From NCBI GenBank assembly GCA_034669905.1, contig JAXMOL010000038.1, positions 17,367-81,366 on the forward strand: a stretch of DNA of 64,000 nucleotides. Reading direction: 5' to 3'. Below the pieces are notes generated by a model. That model worked only from the letters and a program-made list of their open reading frames with translations, was not told the origin of the DNA and did no database searches. Made by a program: the position numbers and the translations under genes. The stretch comes from Candidatus Hydrogenedentota bacterium. GTDB taxonomy: Bacteria > Hydrogenedentota > Hydrogenedentia > Hydrogenedentales > JAEUWI01. Shown in pieces: positions 40,433 through 50,777 of the stretch (position 1 is the first letter of the stretch; every line of letters starts with the position of its first letter).

Positions 40433-42292
40433 CTAATTACCCTCGCCGGCCGCCCCGGGCTTCTTCCGAATGCCACTCACCGACGCCTGCACCGTCTCCA
40501 CAAAGGCCTGCTTAATCAGGAACACACCGTCCCGGGTCGCGCTCCGTGCAAAGCGTTCCTGGTCCAGCCCCGGCACCACCGCGCCCACCTCCAGCGGCCC
40601 GAAAGTCTCGGGCGGCGAATCCACTTCCAGGGGCGACAAGGTCACACGGAAGCTAAAGCGAGGCGCTTCAAAACCATACTCTTCCACCGCCGCCGGGTTC
40701 TCTTCTTCCGTTCCACTCGCCCGAAGACGCGAGACGGCGGTCAATAGATTTTCGGCGTCCCGTTGGTTGGGCATGAAGTAACCCTCGGGTGAAGTCACCA
40801 GCCAGCGGTTGTGCTCCTTCTCCAACACGTAGTCGATCCCGTCGAAGTGGAAGTCCATCTTAACCGCTCGGAGGGCATCAAAGCGAAGTAATGCCCGATC
40901 ACGGAAGGCCTGGGCCGTGGTCAGCAGAAATTGAAGGTGCTCCTGGGGCACGGAGGCCACCTCACCGGCATCGGTCAGAACATAGTAATGCCCTTCCACT
41001 TCGGCCGCCGGGCCAATCCGCAATTCGACCGGCTCCCCTTCGCCTTCCAGGGTTATGCGGAAGGTCGCCTCCGGTGTATCCAGTCCATATTCCGCCGGGC
41101 CACCGGGGTAGAAGCGGGTTCCTTCGATGGTCTTCAAGGCGCTGATAAACTGGCTCACAAAAAACGGATCCGTGTCGTCCAGGGGGGGCTCCGTCATGGT
41201 CCATTCCCCGTTTTCGCCCAACTCCAACGTGTAGCTGTCTTCACCCGCGATGCGTTCCAGACGGACGGGACCCTGCACGCGCGTGAGGATGCGCCGCTCG
41301 CGGAAGGAGTTCGTTGTGCGGGGAAAGAGCGTAAGAATGTGGCCATCCATCAGAAAAACCGAGGCATCCCCTTCCTTACGCACATACACCCCACCCTTAT
41401 CCGCATCCGTATTGACGTCGCCAAAATAAAAGGTCTGGGGATAACCTTCCGCATTGTCCACCACGGTAATCCGCTGGCGCGGGGGCTCCAGGCCAAAATC
41501 CGCAAAGGATTCGGGAGCGTCAATATGTGCCCGGCCGCGGGCCGTTTGAATTTCCGTCACGAGGGCATCCACCGCCCCCTGATTCGCCGCCACATTCACC
41601 GGCTCCAATTGGACCCAGGGACTCTCCCCGTCGGCCCGCTCCAACACGACCACGGCAGATTCCTCGCCCACGGGCGGAGGGTTTTCCATCGATGCCGCCT
41701 CTTCCGGAGACAAGTAGCGGGCGAATTCCAGATGCACGATGGGCGCTTCGCGGTTTTCCACCACAAAACTATCGCGCAGCAGATCCAGCGAGCGGTCCAG
41801 GGCGAAGACCGCGTCTTTGTCCGCCAGAAAGACCCCTCCGTCATCCAGCCGTGCGTAGCGCAGCGTCTGGGTGGGCTCCAGATAGCCAAAGCGTAGGGTG
41901 TGGGTGTCTCCCCCCACTTCCGCGCGCACGACCAGGCGGGGCACTTCCAGGCCATAGGCGTCATCGTCCAGGGCACCGTCCGGCAGGGAGCGCTGATTCT
42001 TCAGGTTGGCCAGCGCTTCCGCCACACTATTCCACAGTGGGTGGTAGGGCCGAATCGTGGGATTGGGCTCCACGATTTCCCAGTGGCTGTCATCCTGGCG
42101 CACCCCTACGGTAGCTGGCTGATCCAGCTGCTGTATCTCCAGCTTACGCACGTCTTCCGGCGCGAAACGGAACACCGCCTTCTCCGCCTCCAGCATGGCA
42201 TCGCTCTGGCGACTCAACAACTGCTGGCCAAAATACAACAGCACGAGCAACAGCAGCGCCGCACCCAGTTGAACGGTCTGACGAAACTTCAT
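40433..42292 (-). CDS. DUF4340-domain protein (three repeats)
   Basis: N-terminal TM; three [YF]G[LF]ExP..FG motifs; ATGA overlap with the gldG-like gene. Confidence 0.8.
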   Translation of the reverse strand: MKFRQTVQLGAALLLLVLLYFGQQLLSRQSDAMLEAEKAVFRFAPEDVRKLEIQQLDQPATVGVRQDDSHWEIVEPNPTIRPYHPLWNSVAEALANLKNQRSLPDGALDDDAYGLEVPRLVVRAEVGGDTHTLRFGYLEPTQTLRYARLDDGGVFLADKDAVFALDRSLDLLRDSFVVENREAPIVHLEFARYLSPEEAASMENPPPVGEESAVVVLERADGESPWVQLEPVNVAANQGAVDALVTEIQTARGRAHIDAPESFADFGLEPPRQRITVVDNAEGYPQTFYFGDVNTDADKGGVYVRKEGDASVFLMDGHILTLFPRTTNSFRERRILTRVQGPVRLERIAGEDSYTLELGENGEWTMTEPPLDDTDPFFVSQFISALKTIEGTRFYPGGPAEYGLDTPEATFRITLEGEGEPVELRIGPAAEVEGHYYVLTDAGEVASVPQEHLQFLLTTAQAFRDRALLRFDALRAVKMDFHFDGIDYVLEKEHNRWLVTSPEGYFMPNQRDAENLLTAVSRLRASGTEEENPAAVEEYGFEAPRFSFRVTLSPLEVDSPPETFGPLEVGAVVPGLDQERFARSATRDGVFLIKQAFVETVQASVSGIRKKPGAAGEGN

Positions 42293-43968
42293 CGGTATTT
42301 TCTCCGCAGTACATACACCACCAACCCGGCGGCAACCACCAATTGCAGGGTCAGCAAGGTGCTTACCCACACGATGGCCCGCTCTTCGCCCTGGGAAAGC
42401 ACGAGGGGGGGATCGGTCTTGCCCGAGGGGCGGATGGCAATCAGATCCTGCCGCTCACCCAACCAGGCCACCGAGTTCAAAAGGAAATTCAGGTGCCCCG
42501 GCAGTTCGGCCGAGAGCAATTGGCCGTTGGAGGCAAAGTCGGAATCGCCCATGACAATAATACGCGACACAACAGGCTGACCCGTTTCATCCACCGTGTC
42601 CGTCTGGCGGACGGCAGCCACCCCAAGCGAGATGGGACCGGCCTTTTCTTCCGTGTGCTGAACAGCTTCACCCTTCTCCTGCAAGGCATCCAGGTCGGTC
42701 TCCGCCCAGTAGTTCGGCGTACTCCGCAGGAGCTCCGTCACCACCACATTCTCGGGCACTTTCGGGGCCCGCGAAACGGAGCGCACGGTCTGGAGCAACA
42801 TGATGCTGTCAAAGGCCTGGGTAATGCCATGCTCCTTGTGGAAGGAGCCATTGTATTCCATAAACCCTTCGTCCACCTTGGCAAAAGGCCCGTCGTCATT
42901 ACGCAATTCCACCTGCCAGATGCGCTTCTGGTCTTTCGTGATAACCATGTCGCTGCCCACCACGATGCCAAAGCGCTCCTCAAGCCAAGGCCGCAGTTGC
43001 TCGCTTTGCCCGGCGGCGGTATTCACCGATTTCCACGGCTCCAGCAGCAGCAACAGACGGCCGCCCCGCTCCAGATAGGCATCGATGGCCTTGAGCTCCT
43101 GGGCATGAAGGTCGCCCAGTGGATTGTTAATCACGAGAATATCGCAGTCCTGCGGCACTTCCGGATCGCTGATCTTGATGGCAATCCGTTCCAGAATATA
43201 GGACTCACCCGCCAGCAGGTTGGCCAGCGCCGATCCCCCGCTCTGGGGATCATCATTGGTCACATCCCGCTCCTGGTGCCCCGTAAGGAAGCAGACTTTC
43301 GGCTCCCGATCACGGAGCACATTGATCAGCGCGTTGGTGAAGTCCCGCTCTTCCAGACGGGGACTCGCCCCCGACAGGGTAATGACGCGCTGACGATTGC
43401 CCGCCCGAATCACTACCGTGCCCTGGGTGGAAACCCGGGTGAGATTCATGGCTTCCAGGCGGTGCATTTCCACCTGGGGATCCAACACTTCCACCTTCAG
43501 TAATCCGGTGTAGCCCTGGCACTGCTCCAGAAAACGCAGGGTTTTGTCCTGCGCAATCCAGACCAATTCATCGTCTACCCGCAGGAAGAGGCAGAAGACC
43601 TCCACTTCCTGGCTCATACTCTGAAGCACCTGCACCGTCTGGGGCGCCAGCTTGCGACGCCCTTCCTGGGTCAGATCCCAGGACGCGTTCCAACTGCCCA
43701 TAAACACATAGAGCACCATGCAGATGCCCAGGAAAAAGAGGGTGGACAGGGCCGCATTGACGCCACCGGCCGCCCAGCCTTCCCAGCCGGCACTGCCGGC
43801 CAGTCCAAATACCACCATGATGACCCACAACACACCGAGCACCGCCCCCACCAGGAGCAGCCCCCAGGCCAGGGACATCAGGCCCGCGGCCTGCCAGACC
43901 AGCAGGTTCACGGCCACAGCCACAGCTACCAGGGCCAAAAGACCCGTAATCAATCGAAGCGTTTGCAC
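42289..43968 (-). CDS. GldG-family ABC transporter auxiliary component
   Basis: WDLTQEG..L..QT, ERDFTNAL, FLTGHQE, GDSDF..N, N.V.WL, C-terminal TM. Confidence 0.85.
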   Translation of the reverse strand: MQTLRLITGLLALVAVAVAVNLLVWQAAGLMSLAWGLLLVGAVLGVLWVIMVVFGLAGSAGWEGWAAGGVNAALSTLFFLGICMVLYVFMGSWNASWDLTQEGRRKLAPQTVQVLQSMSQEVEVFCLFLRVDDELVWIAQDKTLRFLEQCQGYTGLLKVEVLDPQVEMHRLEAMNLTRVSTQGTVVIRAGNRQRVITLSGASPRLEERDFTNALINVLRDREPKVCFLTGHQERDVTNDDPQSGGSALANLLAGESYILERIAIKISDPEVPQDCDILVINNPLGDLHAQELKAIDAYLERGGRLLLLLEPWKSVNTAAGQSEQLRPWLEERFGIVVGSDMVITKDQKRIWQVELRNDDGPFAKVDEGFMEYNGSFHKEHGITQAFDSIMLLQTVRSVSRAPKVPENVVVTELLRSTPNYWAETDLDALQEKGEAVQHTEEKAGPISLGVAAVRQTDTVDETGQPVVSRIIVMGDSDFASNGQLLSAELPGHLNFLLNSVAWLGERQDLIAIRPSGKTDPPLVLSQGEERAIVWVSTLLTLQLVVAAGLVVYVLRRKYR

Positions 43969-43972
43969 GAAG

Positions 43973-44803
43973 CTAGCCCCTCCAATTCCGACTTTCCAAC
44001 GCGCGGAAGGTCAGGAAAATAAAAAATGCACTGAAGAGCACGTAATACGCAATATCCACCGGCTGCACAATACCCAGCGCCATTTCACGGGCGTGGGCAT
44101 CAATCGGCAATTCCACAATCAGACCCCGCACGAGGGTGTAAAAGAAACCAATCACGGAGCGCAGGGTACCCGGCCAGCCCTCGGGGGCCGGATTGGCCTC
44201 GGGCATATCCTCGCCCAGGTTACCCAGAATAAACAGAATGAGGGTCACCCCAAAGGTCACCGTGCCCGACATGATCTGGGTCTTCGTCACCGAAGAAACG
44301 AAAAGGCCCAGACTGATACAGGAGGCCCCCATGAGGAAGACGGTCAACAAGCCGAATAGCAGCACCGGCGGCTCCACGCGGACAAAGTAGCCCATAATAA
44401 AGAGGTTAACCACCACCACCAACAACATGGTGCCCAACATCCCCAGGGCGGCCAGGAACTTACCAAAAATAATCTCCCGGTCACGGAGCGGTTGGGTCAG
44501 CAAGAACTCGATGGTACCCCGGTTGCGCTCCTCGGCCAGCAAACGCATGGTGATGAGGGGCGTCAAAAACATGATCAGCGTGCCGCAAAAGACCAGATAG
44601 GGACTCAGGAAGGTCTCTTCAAAGTCCGGCACCGCCGTATAGGAGTACAGACTGGGGTTTTGCGTAATATCGGCATGGGTAATAAAGGAAATCGAAAACG
44701 ACATGCCCGCGATGATGGCCACCATGCCCACCACCACGTAACCAATCGGTGTCAGAAAATAGGCTTTGAATTCCCGCTTACAAACGGCCCAGGTACTGCT
44801 CAT
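43973..44803 (-). CDS. GldF-like ABC-2 permease
   Basis: KREFKAYFLTPIGY, ITMRLLAEERNRGTIEFLLTQP. Confidence 0.88.
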   Translation of the reverse strand: MSSTWAVCKREFKAYFLTPIGYVVVGMVAIIAGMSFSISFITHADITQNPSLYSYTAVPDFEETFLSPYLVFCGTLIMFLTPLITMRLLAEERNRGTIEFLLTQPLRDREIIFGKFLAALGMLGTMLLVVVVNLFIMGYFVRVEPPVLLFGLLTVFLMGASCISLGLFVSSVTKTQIMSGTVTFGVTLILFILGNLGEDMPEANPAPEGWPGTLRSVIGFFYTLVRGLIVELPIDAHAREMALGIVQPVDIAYYVLFSAFFIFLTFRALESRNWRG

Positions 44804-45555
44804 GCCGTCGCCCCTTTCTTGCCCGTCGCACGATCCACACGATCACTGGATACGACGCGCATGAATATTTCTTCCAGACTCTCGCCGCCTCCGCCTTTGG
44901 TCAGATTCTCCATCTTATCCTCTGCCACGATGCGGCCATGGTGAATAATGATGGCCCGTTCGCACAGCATGGCCACTTCCGGCAGGATATGGGTACTGAT
45001 CAAGACGGTGTGCTTATCCCGCAGCCCCTTGATCATCTGGCGAATCTCCACAATCTGGGCCGGATCCAGACCCACCGTGGGCTCATCCAGAATCAGCACC
45101 GGCGGACTGCCGATGAGGGCCTGTGCCAGTCCGACCCGCTGCTTATACCCCTTTGAAAGATTCGCAATCAGGCGGTTGGCCATATGGCTGAGGCCGCAAC
45201 GCTCCAGGGCCTCGCCCACTTCCGTGCGCCGCTTGGCCCGCGGAACCCCTTTGAGTTCCGCCACATAGCGCAAGAAGCTCGTCACCACCATCTCTTCGTA
45301 GAGGGGCACCCGCTCGGGCAAATAGCCAATGCGACGCTTCACCTCCAAAGGATTCTGGTGCACCTCATATCCGGCAATGCGCGCCTCCCCTCGGGTGGCC
45401 GGCGCGAAAGCGGTCAAGATCCGCATCGTCGTGCTCTTGCCGGCCCCGTTGGGTCCCAGAAAGCCCACAATCTCGCCCTGGGCCACCTGAAACGAGAGGT
45501 CCTCCACCGCGGCGATGGGTCCGTAGTATTTCGTCAGACCTTCAACTGCAATCAT
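44800..45555 (-). CDS. GldA-like ABC ATP-binding protein
   Basis: GPNGAGKST, LSKGYKQRVGLAQA, LDEPT, STHILPE. Confidence 0.92.
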   Translation of the reverse strand: MIAVEGLTKYYGPIAAVEDLSFQVAQGEIVGFLGPNGAGKSTTMRILTAFAPATRGEARIAGYEVHQNPLEVKRRIGYLPERVPLYEEMVVTSFLRYVAELKGVPRAKRRTEVGEALERCGLSHMANRLIANLSKGYKQRVGLAQALIGSPPVLILDEPTVGLDPAQIVEIRQMIKGLRDKHTVLISTHILPEVAMLCERAIIIHHGRIVAEDKMENLTKGGGGESLEEIFMRVVSSDRVDRATGKKGATA

Positions 45556-45804
45556 GTTAGATCTCCGTCAAAATGACAAGAAACGGCCCATTTACGAAGT
45601 GTAAATAATATTACAACGACCAATAACCCGTTCAAAATATAAAGTAATAATGTATATGCACGGCATATTCCGCCGCTGGAAAGGGCAATATCTGCCGCTT
45701 CTATTGCACCATTATGGAACCATCCAATCCCCCGGAGGGGGGACGGGCTACTAAGTGTATGTATCCGCAAGGATTTAAATCAACTCTTCGGGGCATCGGC
45801 GTAT

Positions 45805-45819
45805 TGGCACGGTTAATGC
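45805..45819 (+). promoter_or_regulatory. sigma54 (-24/-12) promoter
   Basis: TGGCACGGTTAATGC (GG-N10-GC), 45 bp upstream of ATG 45864, preceded by an AT-rich tract. Confidence 0.65.
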
Positions 45820-45863
45820 GTATATCAATCCGCATGATGAATGTGCAGAAAGGCAGGCACGAT

Positions 45864-46061
45864 ATGGTAGTTCAGTGTTGTGTATGTAAAAAAATCCGGG
45901 AAAATGGCGCGTGGGTCAGGCCTGCGAATCCGATCCTCGACAGCAATTCCACCAGTCACGGGTATTGCCCCCATTGCGCGGACACCGCATTTCGCGAGGT
46001 AAGAGAGTACCATCGCCACAATCTTCGGGGCCTTCAGACGGCCAGCGCGACCACCCCATAA
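45864..46061 (+). CDS. Small Cys-rich putative Zn-binding protein (65 aa)
   Basis: CCVCKKIR..W..SHGYCPHC motif. Confidence 0.75.
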   Translation: MVVQCCVCKKIRENGAWVRPANPILDSNSTSHGYCPHCADTAFREVREYHRHNLRGLQTASATTP

Positions 46062-46091
46062 TCCGCGCGTATCACATAACAACGACACCTT

Positions 46092-47186
46092 CTAGCGGTC
46101 CAGTTCCTGGACCGCTTCTTCGTAGTAACGATGAAAGGGGGTCGGAAGTTGATAGCCGTCAAGGGTTTTTATACATTTTTCTTGCGGGACACTGTTATAC
46201 GTGTTCCAAAATAGCACCTGCTTGTCCCGCAATCGGTCATTAGCGCCGTCATCCAGCAGGCAGTCAAAGGCTTTTCCCGTATACGTACCTTCCAGCGACA
46301 GCCCCGCCTGCGTATCCGCAGTGGCCACCGCCGCCATCCCGGATTCGGTAAAACGCCCATAATGGGGCCCGAGATAGCCATCCCGCAGACAAAACCGGGT
46401 TTCGGGAAAACTCAGCGCCGGAAACTCAGGCTCCGCCTTTCGTAACAACGCCACGGTACGCCTGTAAAGCATCCGGGCCTTCTTCACGCTTGTGAAGGGG
46501 GGCGCGGTCACCCGAACGGCCATCACGACCGTGTCCAATCCCGCCAACTGCAGTCCGATCAACAAGCCCACACAGGTGCCCATGGTGCCCGAAGCCACAT
46601 AGATCCGGTCCGGTTCGGGTAGTAATCCCTCGGCGACCTGTTCCGCCAGCTCCAACCCGGCATTCACATAGCCCACGGTACCCAGGGGGGAACTGCCCCC
46701 CGCCGGAATGATAAACGGAGAGGGCTCGCCCGCCTTTCGGGCCGCCAACAGCGCCTCGATCGTGCCGTCGCGCACCTCCTTCCGGCTGGAAAAGTGGCGC
46801 AACGTCGCCCCGGCGGCAAAGCCTCGCAGTAGATTCCGCCGGACGCTGTGGGCGTTCAATTGGGGCACCAGCATAGAAATGGGCTGCAGGCCGGCCTGCC
46901 GGGCGTAAATCGCGGTGGCCAGGGCGTGGTTAGAGCCCACGGCACCAAAAGTCAGGGTCGATTTCTTCCCCAGCGCCTGAGCCCGGGCCAGCAAGAAGGC
47001 GAGCTTGCGCACCTTGTTGCCCCCATAAGCCGCGCCGGTCTGGTCATCCCGCTTGATATGGAGGGAGGCCACCCCAAAACGTTGGGCCAGCGGAACGCAT
47101 TCCGTGACGGGCGTGGGGAGTTCGGTCATCGGTAGACAGGGCACCGAAGTCGCCAGCGCAGGGAATCGCTTGAACAGAGGAATCAC
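46092..47186 (-). CDS. PLP-dependent D-cysteine desulfhydrase / ACC deaminase family enzyme
   Basis: PTP, KRDD, GGNKVRKL, SNHA, IPAGGS, YTGKA. Confidence 0.88.
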   Translation of the reverse strand: MIPLFKRFPALATSVPCLPMTELPTPVTECVPLAQRFGVASLHIKRDDQTGAAYGGNKVRKLAFLLARAQALGKKSTLTFGAVGSNHALATAIYARQAGLQPISMLVPQLNAHSVRRNLLRGFAAGATLRHFSSRKEVRDGTIEALLAARKAGEPSPFIIPAGGSSPLGTVGYVNAGLELAEQVAEGLLPEPDRIYVASGTMGTCVGLLIGLQLAGLDTVVMAVRVTAPPFTSVKKARMLYRRTVALLRKAEPEFPALSFPETRFCLRDGYLGPHYGRFTESGMAAVATADTQAGLSLEGTYTGKAFDCLLDDGANDRLRDKQVLFWNTYNSVPQEKCIKTLDGYQLPTPFHRYYEEAVQELDR

Positions 47187-47315
47187 AGGGGATAGTATCC
47201 TTGGTAGACTTCATCGATAGCGGCAGGGTACCACAGCACCCCCCGAAGTCCCAACCCGGGCGACCATCGGCACGCCAGGACGCCACCCCATAACCCCGTA
47301 AGATACTGTCCCACC

Positions 47316-48056
47316 ATGACCTACGAACTCCTCATCGTCGCACTCGCCCTCTTCCTCGGGGGCGCGGTGCAGAGTATTGGCGGCTTTGGCTCCATGCTGG
47401 TTGCCATGCCCATGATCACGCTGGTATTGCCCCTCAGCGTCACCGCCCCACTCCTGGCCACCCTTGGTCTGCCCATCACGCTCTACATCTTCTACTACAA
47501 TCGCAGCGGCATCGATTGGGGCGAAACGCTCCGCATCGTGCTGGGCTCCCTGGCGGGCATTCCCCTGGGTATCTGGGCCCTGGCCACCCTCGATTCCACC
47601 CTCATCATGCACGTACTCGGCGGCCTGCTCATTGCCTACAGCCTCTATGCCCTCCTGGTGGAACCCCGGCTCCTCGCCCAACGCCACGAAGCCCGGGACA
47701 GCGCCCTGTGGCTGAGCCTCTTCGTAGGACTCACCTCCGGGATGCTGGGCGGTGCCTTCAACACCAACGGGCCACCCCTCATTGTCTATGGCGACTGGCT
47801 CCGCTGGCCCAAGGCGCGCTTCAAGGCCCTCCTTCAAGGCGTCTTCCTCGTCAACGGCTCCCTCATCCTCTTGGGCCATGGGGTCGCCGGTCACCTGGGA
47901 ACCCACATGCTGCCCTACGCTGCGGTCGCCCTGCCCGGTATCCTCCTGGGACTCTGGGCCGGCCACCGAATCGATCACTATATCCAACCCCACCAGTTCC
48001 GCATTACGGTGCTGGGACTTCTCCTCGTCATGGGCCTTTCGCTCATCGCGCGCTAG
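47316..48056 (+). CDS. TauE/SafE-family sulfite exporter
   Basis: About 8 TM helices; GGFG; GGAFNTNGPP. Confidence 0.85.
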   Translation: MTYELLIVALALFLGGAVQSIGGFGSMLVAMPMITLVLPLSVTAPLLATLGLPITLYIFYYNRSGIDWGETLRIVLGSLAGIPLGIWALATLDSTLIMHVLGGLLIAYSLYALLVEPRLLAQRHEARDSALWLSLFVGLTSGMLGGAFNTNGPPLIVYGDWLRWPKARFKALLQGVFLVNGSLILLGHGVAGHLGTHMLPYAAVALPGILLGLWAGHRIDHYIQPHQFRITVLGLLLVMGLSLIAR

Positions 48057-48145
48057 GCAATGGCGCCCACGACACTTTCGTGCGGGACGACGTGACAAGC
48101 GAGACGTTGGTCTTGGATAACAATCCAAGACGCCTATCCCACGGT

Positions 48146-49450
48146 TTACAGCCCATACTCGCGCAGCTTATACACCAGCTTTCGACGACTGATCCCCAAC
48201 ATCGACGCCGCCTGGGTCTTGTTGCCCCCCGTTTCCTCCAGGGCATCGAGGATCGCTTTCCGCTCTATCTCGGCCATCGTCCCCACATGGGACGGCCCCC
48301 GTGGCGCCTGGCCTGGCCGGTAGTCCCGAATGTGTCCCGGCAAATGGGCCGGCAAGACCTGCTGCCCATCGGCAAGTATCGATGCGCGCTCCAGGGCGTG
48401 CTTCAGCTCCCGCACGTTTCCAGGCCACGGGTAGGCGAGCAATTGCCGTGCGGTCGCAGGGGCAAGACGTTTGCCGTAGTCCCCCACGAGCTGCCGGGCC
48501 AGGGCATCTATGTCCTCGCACCGCTCCCGCAAGGGGGGCACGGTCACGGGGAACACATTCAGGCGGTAGTAGAGATCTTCGCGAAAGGCCCCGGACGCCA
48601 CCGCTTCGGACAAGTCCTGGTTGGTCGCGGCAATCAGCCGCACGTCGGTCTTCTGCTCCGTGTTGGCACCGACACGCTGATACTCACCCGTTTCCAGCAC
48701 CCGCAAGAGCAGGGGCTGAAGGGCCAACGGCAGGGAGCCAATTTCATCGAGTAGCAAGGTGCCGCCATCGGCCACTTCAAAATACCCCGCGTGGCGGTGC
48801 TCCGCCCCCGAGAAGGCGCCTTTTTCATGACCAAAGAGGGCGCTTTCGACCAGATGCTCCGGGAGAGCGCCACAATCCACCGTCACAAAGGGCCCCGCCT
48901 CCCGGCCACTCACCCGCTGGATAAACTCGGCCACCACCTGCTTCCCCACCCCCGTTTCCCCTTCGATCAAAATCGTGGCGTCGGTCGTTGCCGCACGCTG
49001 TACCTGGCGAAACAGCGCCTGCATAACCGGACTCTCCGCCACGATACCCGCAGGCAATATCGCCGATTCCAGGGTCGAAAGGGCCTCCCGCCCAAGCCCC
49101 AGGGCCTCATCCACCGCCACGACAAGCTCATCCAGGTCAACCGGTTTCTCCAGATAATCCCGTGCGCCATGCTTCATGGCCGACACGGCATCCTTCAGAT
49201 CGATATAGGCCGTCAGCAAGATTACCGGAAGAGACGGATGGCTCTCCTGAAGACACGCGAGGACCTCCAAGCCATTCATGCCGGGCATCCGCACATCGAG
49301 CACCATGGCGTCCACCTCGCCCGCTATGGCCAGACCAGCTTCCCCCTCCTCACACAGCCGAGTTTCAAACCCCGCACGCGCCAATGCGTTGTCGAGGAGT
49401 TGCCGCTGACCAGGGTCGTCGTCCACGATAGCGATTCGGGGTCTAGTCAC
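48146..49450 (-). CDS. NtrC/ZraR-family sigma54-dependent response regulator
   Basis: REC (DDD, DVRMP, KP), GETGVGK, GAFSGA (variant of GAFTGA), FREDLYYRL, WPGNVREL, Fis HTH; GTG start at 49450. Confidence 0.92.
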   Translation of the reverse strand: MTRPRIAIVDDDPGQRQLLDNALARAGFETRLCEEGEAGLAIAGEVDAMVLDVRMPGMNGLEVLACLQESHPSLPVILLTAYIDLKDAVSAMKHGARDYLEKPVDLDELVVAVDEALGLGREALSTLESAILPAGIVAESPVMQALFRQVQRAATTDATILIEGETGVGKQVVAEFIQRVSGREAGPFVTVDCGALPEHLVESALFGHEKGAFSGAEHRHAGYFEVADGGTLLLDEIGSLPLALQPLLLRVLETGEYQRVGANTEQKTDVRLIAATNQDLSEAVASGAFREDLYYRLNVFPVTVPPLRERCEDIDALARQLVGDYGKRLAPATARQLLAYPWPGNVRELKHALERASILADGQQVLPAHLPGHIRDYRPGQAPRGPSHVGTMAEIERKAILDALEETGGNKTQAASMLGISRRKLVYKLREYGL

Positions 49451-50756
49451 CAGAATCCTCCTCCCGGACCAGGCCCACCAGGCACACCGTCGTGCCCACA
49501 TCGGGTTGAGAATCTATCTGCACCCTGCCGCCGTGGGCTTCCATAATCTGCTTCACCACCGCCAACCCGAGGCCCGTTCCATTCGGAAAGCGGGAATAGT
49601 AGGGCTCTGTAACCCGTTCAATCTCTGCACGTTCCATGCCACACCCTTCGTCGCGAACGCAGATAGCGCACTGATCACCACCCGTGACGGAAATCTCGAT
49701 CCGACCACCCGCTTGGGAGGCCTGCAACGCGTTGAGCAGCACATTGAGTACGGCCCGCCGCAATTGCCCTTCGTCGGCCCACACCACCCCGTCGGCGTCA
49801 CCCAGAACCACCGACACCCCCTGGGTCCCTGCCTCATCGGCGACGAGGGCCACCAACGTGGTCAACAGGGGCCGAAGTGCTACGGGGCCAAATGAGAGTG
49901 CCGGAGGATGGGCCAGCTTCAGAAAGCCATCAATTTGGCCCACGACCCGGTCGATTTCATCTACAATCGTCTGGGCACGGGCAACGCGCTCGCCGTCCTC
50001 CCGCCCATCCGCGATCAACTGGGCCTGCCCCCGAACAATGCCGAGGGGGTTCTTGGTCTCGTGGGCGAGCCCCGCCCCCAGTTGGGCCAATGCGGACTGT
50101 TGGGCCGCCTGGGCACGGGCCTGGGCCAGCTCACTCCGCAAGGCACGACGACGACTCCAACCCACCGCAAGAAAGGCCCCGCTGATCGCCATCAGGCAAA
50201 GGGCCAAGAAAACCAGAATTGTGCGGGTCCGTGACCGTCCGATAGCCCGCAAGGTGTCCGTGGCATCCAGTGACACAACGATATGATAGGGCCCCTCGGG
50301 CAGGGGTTCCCAGGTGCCCTCTTCGGCCATACGTCCCCGGCCCCATCCCCCACCGGGTCCGCCGCCCCCCGTCTCCAGCGCCACGGTGCTGTAGAGCGAA
50401 ACACGCCCCGAATCCCAACGGGCGTGGCCCGCTTCGAAAAGTCCGCCCTCCGGAATAGACCCGGCCCCCGCAATCTTCCTCCCCCCCTCATCGAGCAGGG
50501 CCACCCCCATCACATCCCGGGTTTCCGCCAACTCTTCAAAGATGTAGGCGAGACGCTCGTGACGATAGCGGCCCATGCGACCATGGGCCCGCAAGCCAGC
50601 CGCCAGGGCATCCAGCGTAGTCTCCGCACGGGTCACCAGCAAGGAGCGATGAACTTCCCGCTCCTTCTGGAAATCCAACTGCAGAAGAAAAGCGCTGGCC
50701 ACCATGGCGAGCATGGTGACCATCGCTATTGCGTATTCGATCCGTTTGGCACTCAT
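49443..50756 (-). CDS. Membrane sensor histidine kinase
   Basis: Two TM helices, HETKNPL H-box, N box, DEGCG, GTGLGL. Confidence 0.92.
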   Translation of the reverse strand: MSAKRIEYAIAMVTMLAMVASAFLLQLDFQKEREVHRSLLVTRAETTLDALAAGLRAHGRMGRYRHERLAYIFEELAETRDVMGVALLDEGGRKIAGAGSIPEGGLFEAGHARWDSGRVSLYSTVALETGGGGPGGGWGRGRMAEEGTWEPLPEGPYHIVVSLDATDTLRAIGRSRTRTILVFLALCLMAISGAFLAVGWSRRRALRSELAQARAQAAQQSALAQLGAGLAHETKNPLGIVRGQAQLIADGREDGERVARAQTIVDEIDRVVGQIDGFLKLAHPPALSFGPVALRPLLTTLVALVADEAGTQGVSVVLGDADGVVWADEGQLRRAVLNVLLNALQASQAGGRIEISVTGGDQCAICVRDEGCGMERAEIERVTEPYYSRFPNGTGLGLAVVKQIMEAHGGRVQIDSQPDVGTTVCLVGLVREEDSGD

Positions 50757-50777
50757 CGTGTCACCGTCATTTCACGG

